From the NCBI GenBank assembly GCA_013239625.1, contig MU057352.1, positions 25,436,764 to 25,500,763 of the forward strand: a DNA stretch of 64,000 nucleotides, written 5' to 3'. Below are positions 50,831-64,000 of the stretch, piece after piece. The DNA comes from Lama guanicoe (taxonomy: Eukaryota). The position numbers and the translations under genes were made by a program. Every line of letters starts with the position of its first letter. Position 1 is the first letter of the stretch. The notes below the pieces were generated by a model. That model searched no databases. It worked only from the letters and a program-made list of their open reading frames with translations, and had not been told where the DNA came from.

Positions 50831-53437
50831 AGAGTAGACTTTCAGAAAAAAAAAATTCTCTACCTGACTTAAAAATTTTTTTTTTTAAATTTAAGCCACA
50901 TTCCGAGCATGATGGGCTCCATTTTGGAGTTCTCCTTCTTGGAGAGCTCTTTTTCTGTCTAACCAGTGCCAGGCTGGAGGCACGTGAGCCCCTCGCTGTC
51001 CGCTGGGTGGGTTAGTTCTGCTCATCCTCACCCCGAGGCTGTAAGCACAGCGCATTGGGTGGATTTTCTTTGTGCTGCATAGAAAATGAAGACCCTCACA
51101 GTTGATGGTGCCTTAGGCAGTGAAATAGGATGGCCAGGTTTTGAGATCTAGGACCTCCACTTAACCTCTGGGAGGCTCAGCTTTCTCTTTTGTAAGTGGG
51201 GCAGTCGTGTTTCTCTGAGGATGCAGCAAACCGATACACACAAACACCAAGCACAGAGCAGATGGACACTGATGTGATTTTTCGGCTTCCGGAGCCCTGT
51301 GGACTTGAAGGCCCTGTTTTCATGTTGATAAGGCTTCTAGGACCCTTCCTTACTTGCTCTTTCTCCCAAACCCCTGCCCTGTGCCTCCTGCCTTATCTAA
51401 AGTTCACAGGGAAGAGGATGAAGATGACACAGGATTGTTGCCTTCATATAAGCGCCTGGGAGAGCAAGTCTCCAGGGCTCCTGGGAGGGACAGGGTCGTG
51501 AACAGACAAGGGCACTGGGCTTTGGGGTCACAGTGGGCTCAGGTCGCAGCCCCTCTACTGACAGCTGGGGTTTGGACAGACTACATAATCATCATAGTCA
51601 CCAAGTATAAAATGAGGCTCATCATGACATCTCCTTCATACTGTCATTGTTGGTCCATTTGTGCAAACAGCTTGGAGCAGCGCCTGGCATTTGGTAAATA
51701 CCTGCTGATGATTACTTTTTATATATCCTCTGCTCAGCAGTAACACAGCCCCTGGAGAGGGTCTCAGGGCAGGAGTCGATGAGAAATGTCTCTGTGACAT
51801 GAGGGGAGGGAAGATTTTCTGAGGTGCCCCACTTGCCCTCACCCCGGGAACCCCTGTAATGCAGAGCACACTCAGGCTGGTGCAAGGCTGGACTGTCCGG
51901 GGCTACATCCCTGCATGTCTGTTCAGGATGCTACGCTTTGCTTCCCTTAGAAGAACCTCCCTGGTCACAGAAATCAACCTCAGATACATGGTGCCTCCCC
52001 TAGGTCCATTCCTCCTCCAACGCCTGCAGGTGAGAGCCAGACACTATTGGATAAAACACATTAGAAATTATCTACAGCGTGCAGGGGTGAGGTCGTTAGT
52101 GAAGCAAGTACACCTTTAGCAAGAACGAATAAAAAGGCTTTGTATTGCCCTGGACGCAGGCATTTACACTGGCCAATTGAGAAGATTCTTTGCAAGACCA
52201 CCCTGCTCTTTTTAGCTCCTTTAATGTCGCAACCAGGAAAGAAAATGCATTTAATTTGGATCTTAAGCCCTTAATTATATTACTCGTAAGAAACGTCCAC
52301 CTGCTATTGCGGGGGTAGGGGGGTGCCTGTTGAGCAGGCAAAATGTTTCTTTTCCTTTTGTTTCGTTAGTACATAGACACAATACATTTCAAGCTGTGAT
52401 TCGCAGGTGAAGATATTAATTTTGGAGTTTGCAACCTCTTGGTAGTTATCAAAGAAGCTCATTAGGAAAGATGCATGTGCACAGAAGTGTGAATTCTCCA
52501 AACCTACAAAAGTAGAATCTCCCAGGCAGCTGAGCAAAGTCACAAAAAATTGCTCACTGGAGCTTCACGGAGTTTCGTATCAAACTCCTGAAATTTGCTT
52601 GCAAATTCCCTGCTGTTCTTGCCTGAGGCCCCTGCAGATGCCAAGTGTCTCCTGTGCTCAGTCAAGGAGGGTCTGTCAGCTTCCATCAGTGCAAAGGAGC
52701 AGCCCTGTAGATCAGGGACAGCACCCACTTCCTCACACTTTACAGTTTGGAGTCAGGGTGGGAGAAAGGGCGTGGAAAAAAAGTCATCATCAACATGGTA
52801 ATGGCTGCCACTTTTGAACAGTTGATTTGATCAAGGCTTTGCCTGGAGCCTTTCATTATAACCTATGAGGGAGGCACGTCCATCATCCTCATTGTGCAGA
52901 GAGGACCTCATCCTCAGAGGATCCTTCACTTAGTGAAGGTCACATAGCAAGGAATTGGCAGAAGTGGAATACGAACCCAACTCTGAATCCACAACCCATC
53001 TGCTGTGCCTTCGTCAGGGGGGCTCTGAGCAGTGGACAACTGGGAAAACGGGAGAACGGGGGTCTCGAATCTAAGAAAGACAGTGTTTATCACTAATGGT
53101 TTGCAACAGGTTATTGGATGCCCTCGTATATTATTTTACAAGGGTTGCGGATTCACTTAAAATCAAAGGCAAGTGGGTGCTAAGGTCACTTGGGTTAATA
53201 ATCTCAAACTGGAAGGAACTCCTTTGTTCCTTTTGTCATCTTTTCCTTAAAGAGCAGAGCTGAGGCTCTCTGTATCTGACCGGCATCTCCTCTCATGGCC
53301 TTCAGTCTACTCATGATTTTCAAAGAGAAAAGAAAAGGCAGTATCAAACCGAACAAACAGCAAACACACCAACCAAAACCACAGCCCCTGGGCTCTCTCT
53401 CCGGTCCCATGAACATTTACAGTTTACTTCAGAAAAA

Positions 53438-53689
53438 NNNNNNNNNNNNNNNNNNNNNNNNNNNNNNNNNNNNNNNNNNNNNNNNNNNNNNNNNNNNNNN
53501 NNNNNNNNNNNNNNNNNNNNNNNNNNNNNNNNNNNNNNNNNNNNNNNNNNNNNNNNNNNNNNNNNNNNNNNNNNNNNNNNNNNNNNNNNNNNNNNNNNNN
53601 NNNNNNNNNNNNNNNNNNNNNNNNNNNNNNNNNNNNNNNNNNNNNNNNNNNNNNNNNNNNNNNNNNNNNNNNNNNNNNNNNNNNNNNNN
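53438..53689 (-). other. ADCY8: 252-nt N gap, possibly hiding ADCY8 ~exon 8 (about 198 nt)
   Basis: Order and size fit. The minus-strand flank cctaac...catttctttttaacccaaaggggactag|N ends in AG at the gap edge, but the pyrimidine tract is not ideal. Confidence 0.4.
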
Positions 53690-56600
53690 CTAGTCCCCTT
53701 TGGGTTAAAAAGAAATGCAATGTGTTTAGGTTAGGTTGCATTGCAAACAGTCACAGCATTCCATGCGGTTGTATTCCGTGAAACCTACAGAAATTTAATA
53801 AGTTAGCACTTGGTTCAGAGAAACACAACCTGGCAAAACAGCACATCAACAGGGGCATCTCCCTTTCCTCTGTGGAGGTGCACTGAATTCCTCTGGGTCA
53901 GGTGTTTGGAGAGCTGTCGGCTTGGAAATGTTAATCAAGACCCTTTCTCTAACCAGGCCCGTCCCTGGTATGAGAGAAAGAAAACCAATGCAAATAACAG
54001 AAAGGAAAATGTACCTGAAAAGCCCACAGAAGAGATCATCTCCAACCAAGAAGATTCCACATTTTCATGTGGTCTTTACTTTAATGGTGGTGGAGAGACT
54101 TGGGGACCCATGGCTTGCATTTTTTTTTTAATTTAGCATTTCTCATGGACAGACAGCCAAATGCGCCAGGTTTCCCTCCTTAAACTTCATGAAGATTGTT
54201 AGATTTTTTTTACCCTTCACAAATGTTTTTTCCCCATAGACCACTATATATCTATATGTTCATATAGATATATGTGTTTAATTTCCTTTAGGCAAAAAAA
54301 AAAAAATGCAAGCAGTTGCAGCCTCTCACCATTTCACAGGATTCAACAGCAGGAGGTGGGGAAGTCCAACCACTGTGGTTGGCCATTGGGTAGGGCCACA
54401 TGGATGCAGAAACAGCATTGGTTTATGAAGACACACCCGATATGGCAGGGAGGACGCTGTCTCCTGGAGACTCAAGATCAACTGGCTGGATCTAGCCCAA
54501 CGCAGTGCTTACCCACAGCTCCAACTTAAGACAACTTCTTCGACAAAAAAGTGGGAGTTGGAGCTGGAGGGAAATAGGGACAGCGATGCTCATCCCCTTC
54601 CCCCAAGAGATCTCCTCGGGGAGAAGCATGGGATGCAGCACATCTGTAAAGAGGGAAGAGAAAACTGCCTCTGTATACACTCATTGCAACCTTTTTCTCT
54701 GCCAGCCTCTCATCTTGGCCAATGTTAGACCATAGGTTAGACTGAGATAAAGTGATGGAGTCAGCAGATGGCAGCCTGTGAGGGCTGACACAGCCTGCTG
54801 GAGGCCCTCCCACCTGAACCCTTCATTTACCCGTGAGCCTCAGAGAGTCACGCTCAAGGGCCATCAGCTCATCTGCAGCCATGTCAGATCCTCTTGACTC
54901 CAGAGCCAAAGCCAGATTGGAGGATTCAACCTCGTGAAGCCTTCTAGCTCATTCCATGAGGATCCCTCCTGTGGTACTGTGGGACTACTCATTTTAACCT
55001 TCATGGAGATATCCATTGTGACCTAAATCCACAGTCTTTAAAGAATCCTATAGCAGGGCTTTATCCCTGGTGGAATTTACTGAAACCTCTTCTCTGGCCC
55101 CAGGATAAAGGATGGAGTTGCATGTGCTAACATGAGAAAGTAAAGTATTTGCTCTTAGGTCACTGGAGTTAATTTCAGCTCTGAGTACCAAGGAGGCCAC
55201 CACAGAGAAAAAGATAGACCTTAGGGGGAAGTATGGCAGGCTGAGAGGCAAGGAAAAGAACTGGAGTGGACAGAAGGAAGCAGGGATCAATGTTCCAGAA
55301 AATTGAACAGCAGGATCCAAGCAGGGCCAGAGGGCTTGAGCCCTGGGGTTAAATGCTGTTAGAACAGCATCTCAGAAGGCAAAGGAGGCTGGAGTCCACC
55401 CTCCGTGGATCTCCTATTGGCTCCTTAAGCAGAAATTCTCTCCACGCAGTTTGGAAAATGACAAGATTAAGTTTCCTGTCTTGGAGAGGAGGTGGAAAAG
55501 ACACTCAAGCTGCCCTTGTCTAGACGTACATTCTGGCTTAAAGATGCCAGGATGCTCCCCTGGCAGCTGCTTGGAGCTGGAGTCTGACAGCTGGAGATGA
55601 AATCAGCTCAGTATCTATGCATATTCCTAGTTAGGCACTTCCCTCCTCTTTGTAAATTGTATTTTCCTACAGTTTTCCTTCTTCGAACTAAATTGAGCCT
55701 TCCACCCTGCCAGTCCCTCATGCCTTCAATGGCTTTTAGACCTCCGGATTTCACTGAGAGGGGGAGTTTCAAAAATATTTTTGGACTGATTTATTTAAAT
55801 TTTAGCAGCAGCAGCACAGCAGTGATTGCCGCAGCTCCAGCTCTCTGATATGACCACAGTTTCATAAGAAGAAAGAGCATTCTTTTTTCAATAAGAATGC
55901 CATCAGCTCAAAACAAAGGATGGTCCTAGATATTGAATGCATTTAATTCAATAAACATCCTCATTTTTCTCATATCGATGGGGACTGTTGAAAATGTTGT
56001 CAGGGACTGGCTTCAGCCTGAAGGACTGCCTTTAGAAGACCAGGAATAGATGTTGCTTCCTGAGCATCTGGGCTGTTGACCACTTTTGTAAGGCAGAGAC
56101 CAATGAAATCGACTCCTTTCAGAGCTCCTCTGACCCTCATGGAATTCTCCTGACTGTCTGTGTGGCTGCTTCAGATGAGACAGCAGCTTGGAAACACCTC
56201 TCTTTCTTTCATCATTGCCACCAGGTTACAGAGCTGGGATGTCAGTGATGCTGAGAATTCCTTTTTACCCAATTCTTTTTATCCCTTGCAATTATATCCC
56301 TAGTGTTTTAATGTAGGTGGCCCATGCTCAGCGATCCCTTTTCTGATCATTTGCTTTGTCAGTTACATATGAGAGTTATATATGCTGTTTGACAAGTAGT
56401 CTCTCTCAACCCACCTCACACCTTCAGGATATATGTATATATACGCTCAAGGGAGGACCAGCATCAACTCAATTAGTCAGGCAAGTTGGAATTAGGAAGG
56501 GAAACCATCTACTTTCATTTAGCCCCAATGTACCCAATGCAAAGTATGAGTGGCTTTGGGGGAGACTGTAATTTGAGATTATCTGTGATACCCTTCCTCC

Positions 56601-58639
56601 TCCATTAGTAATGGCCTCTGAGATTTCAGCATGTGTATCACCTTCAGTAAGATAATGCTGCCAACAGCAAAGATGCAGACACTGATATCTTTACAGTGAT
56701 TCATTTGTAAGCAGTATTGGGAAAAAGTGTAAATGTCATATCTGCTTGTTTAGAGTCTCTGATGGAACAGGCTATTTTTAACAGAATATGGCTGTCTCTT
56801 TTTAAGACTTACAGGACTAGCGTGAGTGAAATTGGAATCATGCTAAAAATACCATGTTTTCAAATATGATTCCAATCTTAAATTGACCTCCAAAATTTTG
56901 AGGTTATTCTTTTACATAAACAATTTGAGCAACTGGCTAGAGAATGAGGAAAAACTGGGTAAAATGGAAGGAAATGGGAAATGCCTTGAGACTAATCGAA
57001 TACCAATTATTATAAATGTAATATATAATTCAATTATACACTAAAACATATGTTCAAATATATATATCACATTCAATTTAAATACGATACTAAATATGCA
57101 ATACAAAATGCATCTATTTATTGACTTCAGCTGGTGTTTTCAGACATTTAAGAGGCCAGGTTGGAGCAGCAATGCTGGGAAATATCAGAGTTTGTAGCTT
57201 AGGTCGCCTGTCATGTCTGCGTCTCTTCTCAAAAAGACACTGCAACCCCGCGATTTATCCTAACCAAGATCCACGCCCTCCTCAGGGGGTTTCAGTTGCT
57301 TCTTTACTCACAAGTGCTTAAGACAGATCGAAACCCAAATGAAAACCAGAGTCCCTTCTAAACCTAAGTTTCTGAACATAGGGTCTTGCGGGTCTCGGGG
57401 TCTCGGGGTTCTGGTGAAAATGACCATCCACGTAACCCTCTGTAAACTGTATTTGAATAGGGTAGGAAAAATTCGTAAGTCCTCTCAAGCTCCTCATTCA
57501 GTTTCTGACCAGAAGACTATTCTTTGGGGATCGTTTTTAATCTATATACACACTAACAACCTACTTTTTTTTTTTTTGAAACATGTGTTACTGCTTCATG
57601 GATAGCCGTAAACTTGGATGTTCTTTAATCAGTTTGTGTCTGCAAATAAATTCTTCCCAATAAGATTTCAGACTGAAGGTGAACTTGCTAGAAACATCCA
57701 GCTTTGTTGAGTTAAAAGCACTTTAGCTCTTACAGATCACATATTCCAATATCAAAACACCCTCTAAAGCTTCCCTATCGACATTGTAAACCAGCTTCCA
57801 CAGTTTCAGTGCTGGAATTCGGGGAAGTCACCACTCTCTTTCATCACTAGATCCTCTGAACTAAGTCTTTCCTCCAAATTTTGTTCCCAGGAACACAAGG
57901 ATACAGGGATGCTTCTTTACAAAGAGGTTCTGTGGACCAGTCAGTTAGGAAGTGGGAATTCACTATTTGCTTACTGCCGTCTCCTGCCCTCCTTGAGAGG
58001 AGGGACTTTGTCTCTTTTGTTAATTTCATTGTCTGCAGTGCTTATGCCAGTGCCTGGCACCAAGCAGTCACTCGGTACCTGTTTGTTGAATGAAAAAATT
58101 CTTATATCCTCTGGTTGGAGTATCACGGTACACGTTACTGAAATAAAGGTGCTGATAAGTTCTGCAGCAATATGAATTTTAAACTTTGCATTTTTCAAAC
58201 TTTTGTAACTACAAAACAATTTTTGCTTGAATCTCAACATGTTCCATGGAATACCATTTGGGAAACGGTACTCTAAAATTCTTCCCTGGTTTTGTTCACA
58301 AGTCCTACGCAGTGGATCTGTTTCTGATCTCTGAATAGGATCTATTTACCTCCCTTCATGTGGCCACCTTCTAAAGTCCAGAGTTTCCTTCCACAGGCTA
58401 ATGGTTTCAATTTCCCCATCATTCCACAGGTGACATGGTTTCCACATATGGCACAACGCTTTCTAGTTTGTCCACGCCCTGATTATACCACACTCCAGAA
58501 TCAGACTCAATGCAAATGACATCTGACCTTGTGCTGGGGCCTAGGCACCTGCCGCAATAAGACCTATCAAACAGTTACTCAGTCTGTTACAGCTAATGCA
58601 TTTGAACGTGTGCAGCTAGGTTGCACGTCCTACTATTTC

Positions 58640-58880
58640 TTTAAAAACCAATTCAGACATCGCCTTGTCCAGGAAGCCTCTGCGGAGACTGCATTTAGCC
58701 TTAGCACAGCAGTTACTCTGATGTAATTGCCTTATTGTGTGTTTGCCTGTTCCTCTGGGCTCCAGTCTCCTTGAGGGCCAGGCACGGTGTTTTATCCATA
58801 ACTAAATCTCCAGCATCTGGCATATTTGGTAGGTGCTTAATAAGTACCTGTGGAATGAATGACTGAATGATGAATGAAGG
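58640..58880 (+). mobile_element. LINE-2 3' end
   Basis: ctccttgagggccagg...gtaggtgcttaataagtacctgtggaatgaatgactgaatga. Confidence 0.7.
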
Positions 58881-61800
58881 GTTGAATGGCTGTGTAAGAA
58901 TATTCCTAGGGCATTGTTTTCAACCTCTTGTTACCAAAAGTCCTGTTATTTTTTCCTGTTCTCCCCCAAATAGACTCCAAATTTGGAAAGATTCTGTTTG
59001 CCAAATTGTGTTTATTACTATTCAATCAAACGCCTAGTTTTTGATCAGCAGGAGAGAGAAGGCATTACCACAGCAGTTGAAGAGAATTCCAGCCAAGAGC
59101 AAGAGCCTCGAAAGGCAGCCTTCTGATGCTTGTCAGTATGAGGTTTAATTCAGGTTTCTGGAATCCAGAGAACCGCCTTCCCCGTTCCTGCCTCCCAGTG
59201 CCGGCTGCTAGGGCACCACGGGTCGCACATGGGAGAGCACTAGCCTGCAGGCTTTTCTGGGACCTGTGCCTGGGTGAACATCAGCCTGAGTGTTTCCCGT
59301 GAACCAGTATAAAGCAGAAGGTGGAGGTCCCCCAGTGAAAGGGCTCGATCTTTTAGCTCCTCTGGGAGATGGACGTGGAAGCCTCGAGCTCTAGCCGCAG
59401 GTAGCTGTGACTGAGATCCCGCACTGTGGGCCAGCTCGCTGCTGATTTGGGGAGGACCCAGAGAGGACGCCCAGTCCAGCAGGCTCAGGGCCTCGCAGGG
59501 GCCCCCTTACACCTCCTTACTCTGAGATGGCTTATCCTGTCCCAAGACTCTGCTTGTTCCCCGTCTCAGGCTGGAGCCTGCTCTCAGAACCAGGCAGGGC
59601 CTCTGGCTTCCTCAGCCCACTCCTGGACCATCCTCCCATCGCCTCAGTGGCAGCATTGCCCTGTGCCTCCCTTGGAGGCCTCGGTGACTGCATTTCAAGA
59701 CTGTGGCCTGCAGGGCTTGGGCTGTGGAAAAGGCAGAGATCTTACCTTTCAGTCCCTAACCTGCTTCTTGTGTCTTACAACTATAGGCTCATGTGAGGAG
59801 AAATTGCCAGGAACAAACACTAAGCCTGAATAAGAGTTCCCAGGTGTACACATTAGAGCGATTTTTTTTCTCTACTGTTTATTAAACCCCCAACCAACCC
59901 CCAGAAGGGAAAGGCGCCTCCTATTCTTTTAAAGAAGCTATTTTAAAATTCTTTTTAAGAATGTTCACTTGGGAAAGTTTTGAGGTGCTCTGGCCTGCAA
60001 TGATTTGCGTTTGGGGCCTCAGGAAGGATGCCTGCTGTGTTTGAAAGTGGCACAATTATTTTTTCCCTCAAATCTAGGGATAGGGGAGCAGAGGTTTCCT
60101 TGGATGTACATGTAATGTTTTTCTGGTAAGAAGTTTCTAAGTGTTTTTTTTTGTGTGAACACCGACTTGGCGGGGCCTCTGGGAAAATACACACGGGGCT
60201 TCCCAGAATCGGCCGCATAACAGCTTTTTCTTATAAGGATGGAGGTGCTGGTGAATTGACGATTCTTCCCTAAGCAAGGCGTGTCAGTCGAGATTGTCAT
60301 GACTTCCCTGTCTGTACTGAGATAACGGAACATCACATCCAGATTGTAGTCTGATGGCTTTGCAGAGAGGGGTGCTGTTTACTTTCTCTTTTCCTTTCTA
60401 GGTATTTATGTCACTATAATCTGCTTTCCAAACAAAGCAAAAGAATGTTTAATGAGCTCTTACTGTGGGAGGAGGTTTAAGGGACACCATGATGGGAAGA
60501 GGTTTAAGCAATTTTCATCATCAGCACATCGTTTCTGCTCCAGGAGACAAAGTAACAAGGGCCCACTCTGTTTGCTGAAATAGAGTCCCAAAGTTTCCAG
60601 CCAGCCGGCTGCAGGGTTCCAGCGCCCTTCTGCAGCCTGATTCCTGATCCTCAGTCAGGGGCCCACAGTGTCAGTCTGGGGCCCAGGCTGTTTGGACAAT
60701 CATTGCTTCTCACCTTTGGGCAGAGCTGGAGGTTTGCAAGTATTTCCTGGATGTTGCATTCGACAGGGAGTAGAGGATGTGTAAAACCCTTTGTCACTTT
60801 GTGGTCTGAAATTTCAACCTGTCTATGATTAAGAGAGCAAGACAATGACGGGGAGGAACCCCTGCTTCTGGCAGATCCCACAGTAAGCATTTACTAGTTT
60901 GCTACGGATTTGAACCCCACAAACTCACTCTTGACCTTCTGACTAATACTGATAAGGTGGATTATTAAGACAGTTTATTTATTTTGGGGTTTTAGGTCCC
61001 AGATGTGCTAGGCTCCCTTCCTAGTGTACTTCCTCTGACATTAAATGCCTTGTTCTTTGCTTCAGTACATCCCACTGGTGGGTCCAGGCTCTGGGCACAC
61101 TCTGGTTTTGGTTCTCTTTGGATGGCGTGTGGACAAACGGTCAGCTGTGTTTGAGCTTCCAGGCCGATCATAATTCCAGGTGACTGGGCAGAGTTCTCAA
61201 AATGAGGGAACTGAGCCCACAGAGGGAATCGCCCACATTCCAGATCTTGTCCCCAAGCTCTGGCCGAAGGACGTCAGAGCCAAGTTACCCCAAAGCAGGT
61301 GGTGTCTGACACTGATTCTGTCCTGCTAGAAGCTTGTCTGGCTCTGTTTGACCAATTCCCTGTTAGCTAATTCAGGATTCCTTACTCTGATTTTATCTTT
61401 TGAATTCCTCAGAAAGATGCTAATCTTGGTTTGGAGATGTGATTCAGTCATTACACCCTTGGATCATTTTTAATCAAAAATAGTTCTTAACCTTCTGCAG
61501 AATTGGCTGAAACAGAACTTGACACATCCATTTCGACGTGGCCACTTTGAAATTACATGCTTTGAGGCAAGCTGCCAACTGAATTTGTAGCTTTTAAAAG
61601 ATCGCATCTGTAGTGATGTGTGAAAGAGGTACTCACATCCCAGTAATGACCTCATCGCAGGGTTGGGTGGAGGGGGGCAGAGGGGTGGGGTGAGCATAGG
61701 GAGGGAGGAGGCAGGATTCCTGCTCTGGACGTGACTCATGGGTTGGGGGAGAGAGAGGCTGACACGCTGATGGGATCAAAGGATAGGTGTGAATCAGAGT

Positions 61801-62033
61801 ACTCGCAGCACTGAAATGGCTGGGCCAAAATAGGCTGTGGCTGGAGAGGTGACCGCTATGCTGTTGACCAAGTGACCTTCTGGGTTGGCTAATGGATTGG
61901 CTTGGCAGTGGGATAATTTCAGCTCAGGAAGTGAATAAACAAACATGTATCAGGACCTAAGTTACTCAGTCATTTTGTGACCATCAAAGATTGTAAATTT
62001 TCCAGAAATGTCAATGCCATGGGGAAAATAAAA

Positions 62034-62098
62034 TATGTGTGTGTGTGTGCGTGCATGTGCATGTGCGTTTGCACGCGTGCACATGTTTATATGCGTGT
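62034..62098. repeat. (TG)n / alternating purine-pyrimidine tract
   Basis: atgtgtgtgtgtgtgcgtgcatgtgcatgtgcg...gcacgcgtgcacatg. Confidence 0.85.
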
Positions 62099-64000
62099 CT
62101 TTGTTTACTGAACAGGAATTTGGAGAAAACTGAAATATAAGAATTAACTAACTTTTATCTTTTTTTTTTAAGATCTGAAGTAGCTCTTTTCGTTTAAGAC
62201 CGTGACATAAGTATTACATCATGAGTTGCTCATAAACTGCTCCTGTTTGGTTTTGTAAGTCTATAAGTCTCATTATAAAATTTAGTAATTATGTTTAGTG
62301 ATTGAGGACTTCCTGAATTTGGCTCCAACTGACCTGACCTTCAAGAATCCAGCCTCTCTTGCTCGTCCTCAGTGATGGGGACACAGCCGGGGAAAGAAGA
62401 AACCAGTCAGGTAGCTTCTACTTCCTCTTAGTCTAACTTTCTCTACCACACGTTTTTCTATTGGAATCATCTAACTAATTTAGCTCTTGGCTATCATTAT
62501 TCCCAATGTTTGCTTCTGAGTTTATCACTTAAGAACAGTCCTGTGTCTAAGTAATCCAAGACATGGACTCTTGAGTGGATGCTACCGCATGTGACGTATA
62601 CAAAGCCCTTATCATCTCATGGTGTGAAGATATCCCTTAGGGGACTAAAGGAAATGTAAAAGTCATAGAGTGGGAAAGAAACACTGGAATCCAGTGGTTC
62701 ACAACCCAAAATTCACAATAGTAGTTTGGAGAATTCTACTCCAAATTAGAGTAGAGGAGTGATATGTGTGAGGGCCTTTCAAAACGTTCCATTAATACCC
62801 AAGGAATTAAGACTGTAACTCCTTTTCAGTACAACAAAAATGTCAAGAGTCTTTGCTCTGGGCTGGAACTGAATCACCTTAGAGTGATGCCACCTTCACT
62901 TCCTTGTTCAGAGCAATAGCAACGGTGGGTCATGACACATGCGCCAACTCACTTTTAAAAAGGGAAATACAAATTCATTCACACCAAATGCAATTTTCTT
63001 TGGGGAAGAAAAACCTTCATACATATGAATTGCACCAGGTCAAGACAATAAAAGGTATCCTTGATGGAGAAAAGATGGGAAAATCCTGATGTAGCTTAAA
63101 GAAGAAATTTCACAATGACAAATCTTAGCTTAGTTGTAGCAAAACTGACACCAAGATTAATAAAACTTAAATCTCAGTCCTATTCTTTCAGTTAGAGGAA
63201 ATGAGTCAGAAAAAAATTATCCAGATTTTTGCTCTTTCTCTTCCTATCTATCTTCAGATATTTAAAATATCATGCATTCATCGATTCCAGCTCCTCAGGC
63301 CACAATTTTATGGCTCCCCAAACAACTAGTCAATCCCTGGTGAAAGAAGAGTGCAACTAGTTTGTTTAGAAAAGCTTCAGCCAGTTGTCAGTCACGGGGT
63401 GACCAGAGGCTGCATCTTGTGCACCTGCCAACTTAAATGCATCTCCAGACCTGCAGTTCTAAGTGAGCCACAAACTCATCTCTACTGTTATCTTTTCCAC
63501 CTTAGTCTACCTTTGGAACTTCAGCGAAAGGGAGGATGATGAGTCAAAGCTAATGGATCAGATTGCCTACTTAATCCACTCAACGCTCTCTGGAAGGCTT
63601 CAATTCCATTTGCCTTTCTGAAGAGAGTGAAAACCAGACCCCTCTCTAATGTCTCTTCCTGGCTGAACCCAGCTGATATTTTCGGAGTCAGGGCTAAGAA
63701 CAGCCTGGGGAGTTTTGTTGTCCGAAAAGACTGTGTTACTGGAAGAGTGCAGATTTACTTCAGGGAAATGTCCAGAGCCCTTCACGTCTTCCACTCAAAA
63801 AGCCTGCAAATGTCCCAACCAGTGAACGTCAAAACTTAATCTGATGTTAAAATAGTTAAAAAGAAATTACCTATGGAGAAAAGTTTGCCTGTGGTTTCCT
63901 GTAAACTAAGACTGAACAGGAACCATCTGACATCCAGCAGCTTCACACAGAAGCAGTAAACTCTGAAAACACACCTTCCTCTTCAAGACCGACACCCAGT

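Larger units (their letters stand above)
1..64000 (-). other. ADCY8: Internal portion of the ADCY8 gene (introns and exons from about intron 7 to intron 13)
   Basis: Three minus-strand exons translate to consecutive ADCY8 M2-region peptides in the correct order. No start, stop or promoter of the gene was seen in the window. Confidence 0.93.

Noticed and set aside
50822-50856. Possible L1 3' transduction (A-run, gagtagactttcag, second A-run)
   Set aside because: No TSD brackets it and the spacer is only about 14 nt; it cannot be distinguished from native A-rich flank.
1-64000. A novel multi-gene or prokaryote-style system (CRISPR, operon, defence locus)
   Set aside because: The window is mammalian intron plus ADCY8 exons. 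There are no spacer-separated repeats, and no long ORFs other than L1 remnants.

Overview
Mammalian genomic DNA, most likely a camelid. That call rests on the young L1 3' UTR type recalled from memory and on seeing no Alu, B1, Bov-tA, PRE1 or Can-SINE copies, so it is an inference. The whole window lies inside the adenylate cyclase 8 gene (ADCY8) on the minus strand. Three coding exons can be read directly, with canonical AG/GT ends and compatible phases: 28235-28436, 16067-16239 and 7896-7974. They correspond to exons 10, 12 and 13 in the human numbering as I recall it, and encode the second transmembrane cluster. Expected exons 11, 9 and probably 8 are not in the called bases. Three of the seven N gaps sit in the right order, are large enough to hold them, and have splice-signal-like flanks. 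The rest is intron filled with repeats: young 5'-truncated L1s with target-site duplications (TSDs), old L1M, L2, many MIRs, an MLT1 solo LTR, MER58A and MER2-type DNA elements, and short tandem repeats. I found no evidence of a novel multi-gene system. The best leads are the non-random gap placement, a short sense-oriented mRNA-3'-end retrocopy, candidate intronic enhancers and some speculative splicing elements. Repeat boundaries without TSDs are approximate.
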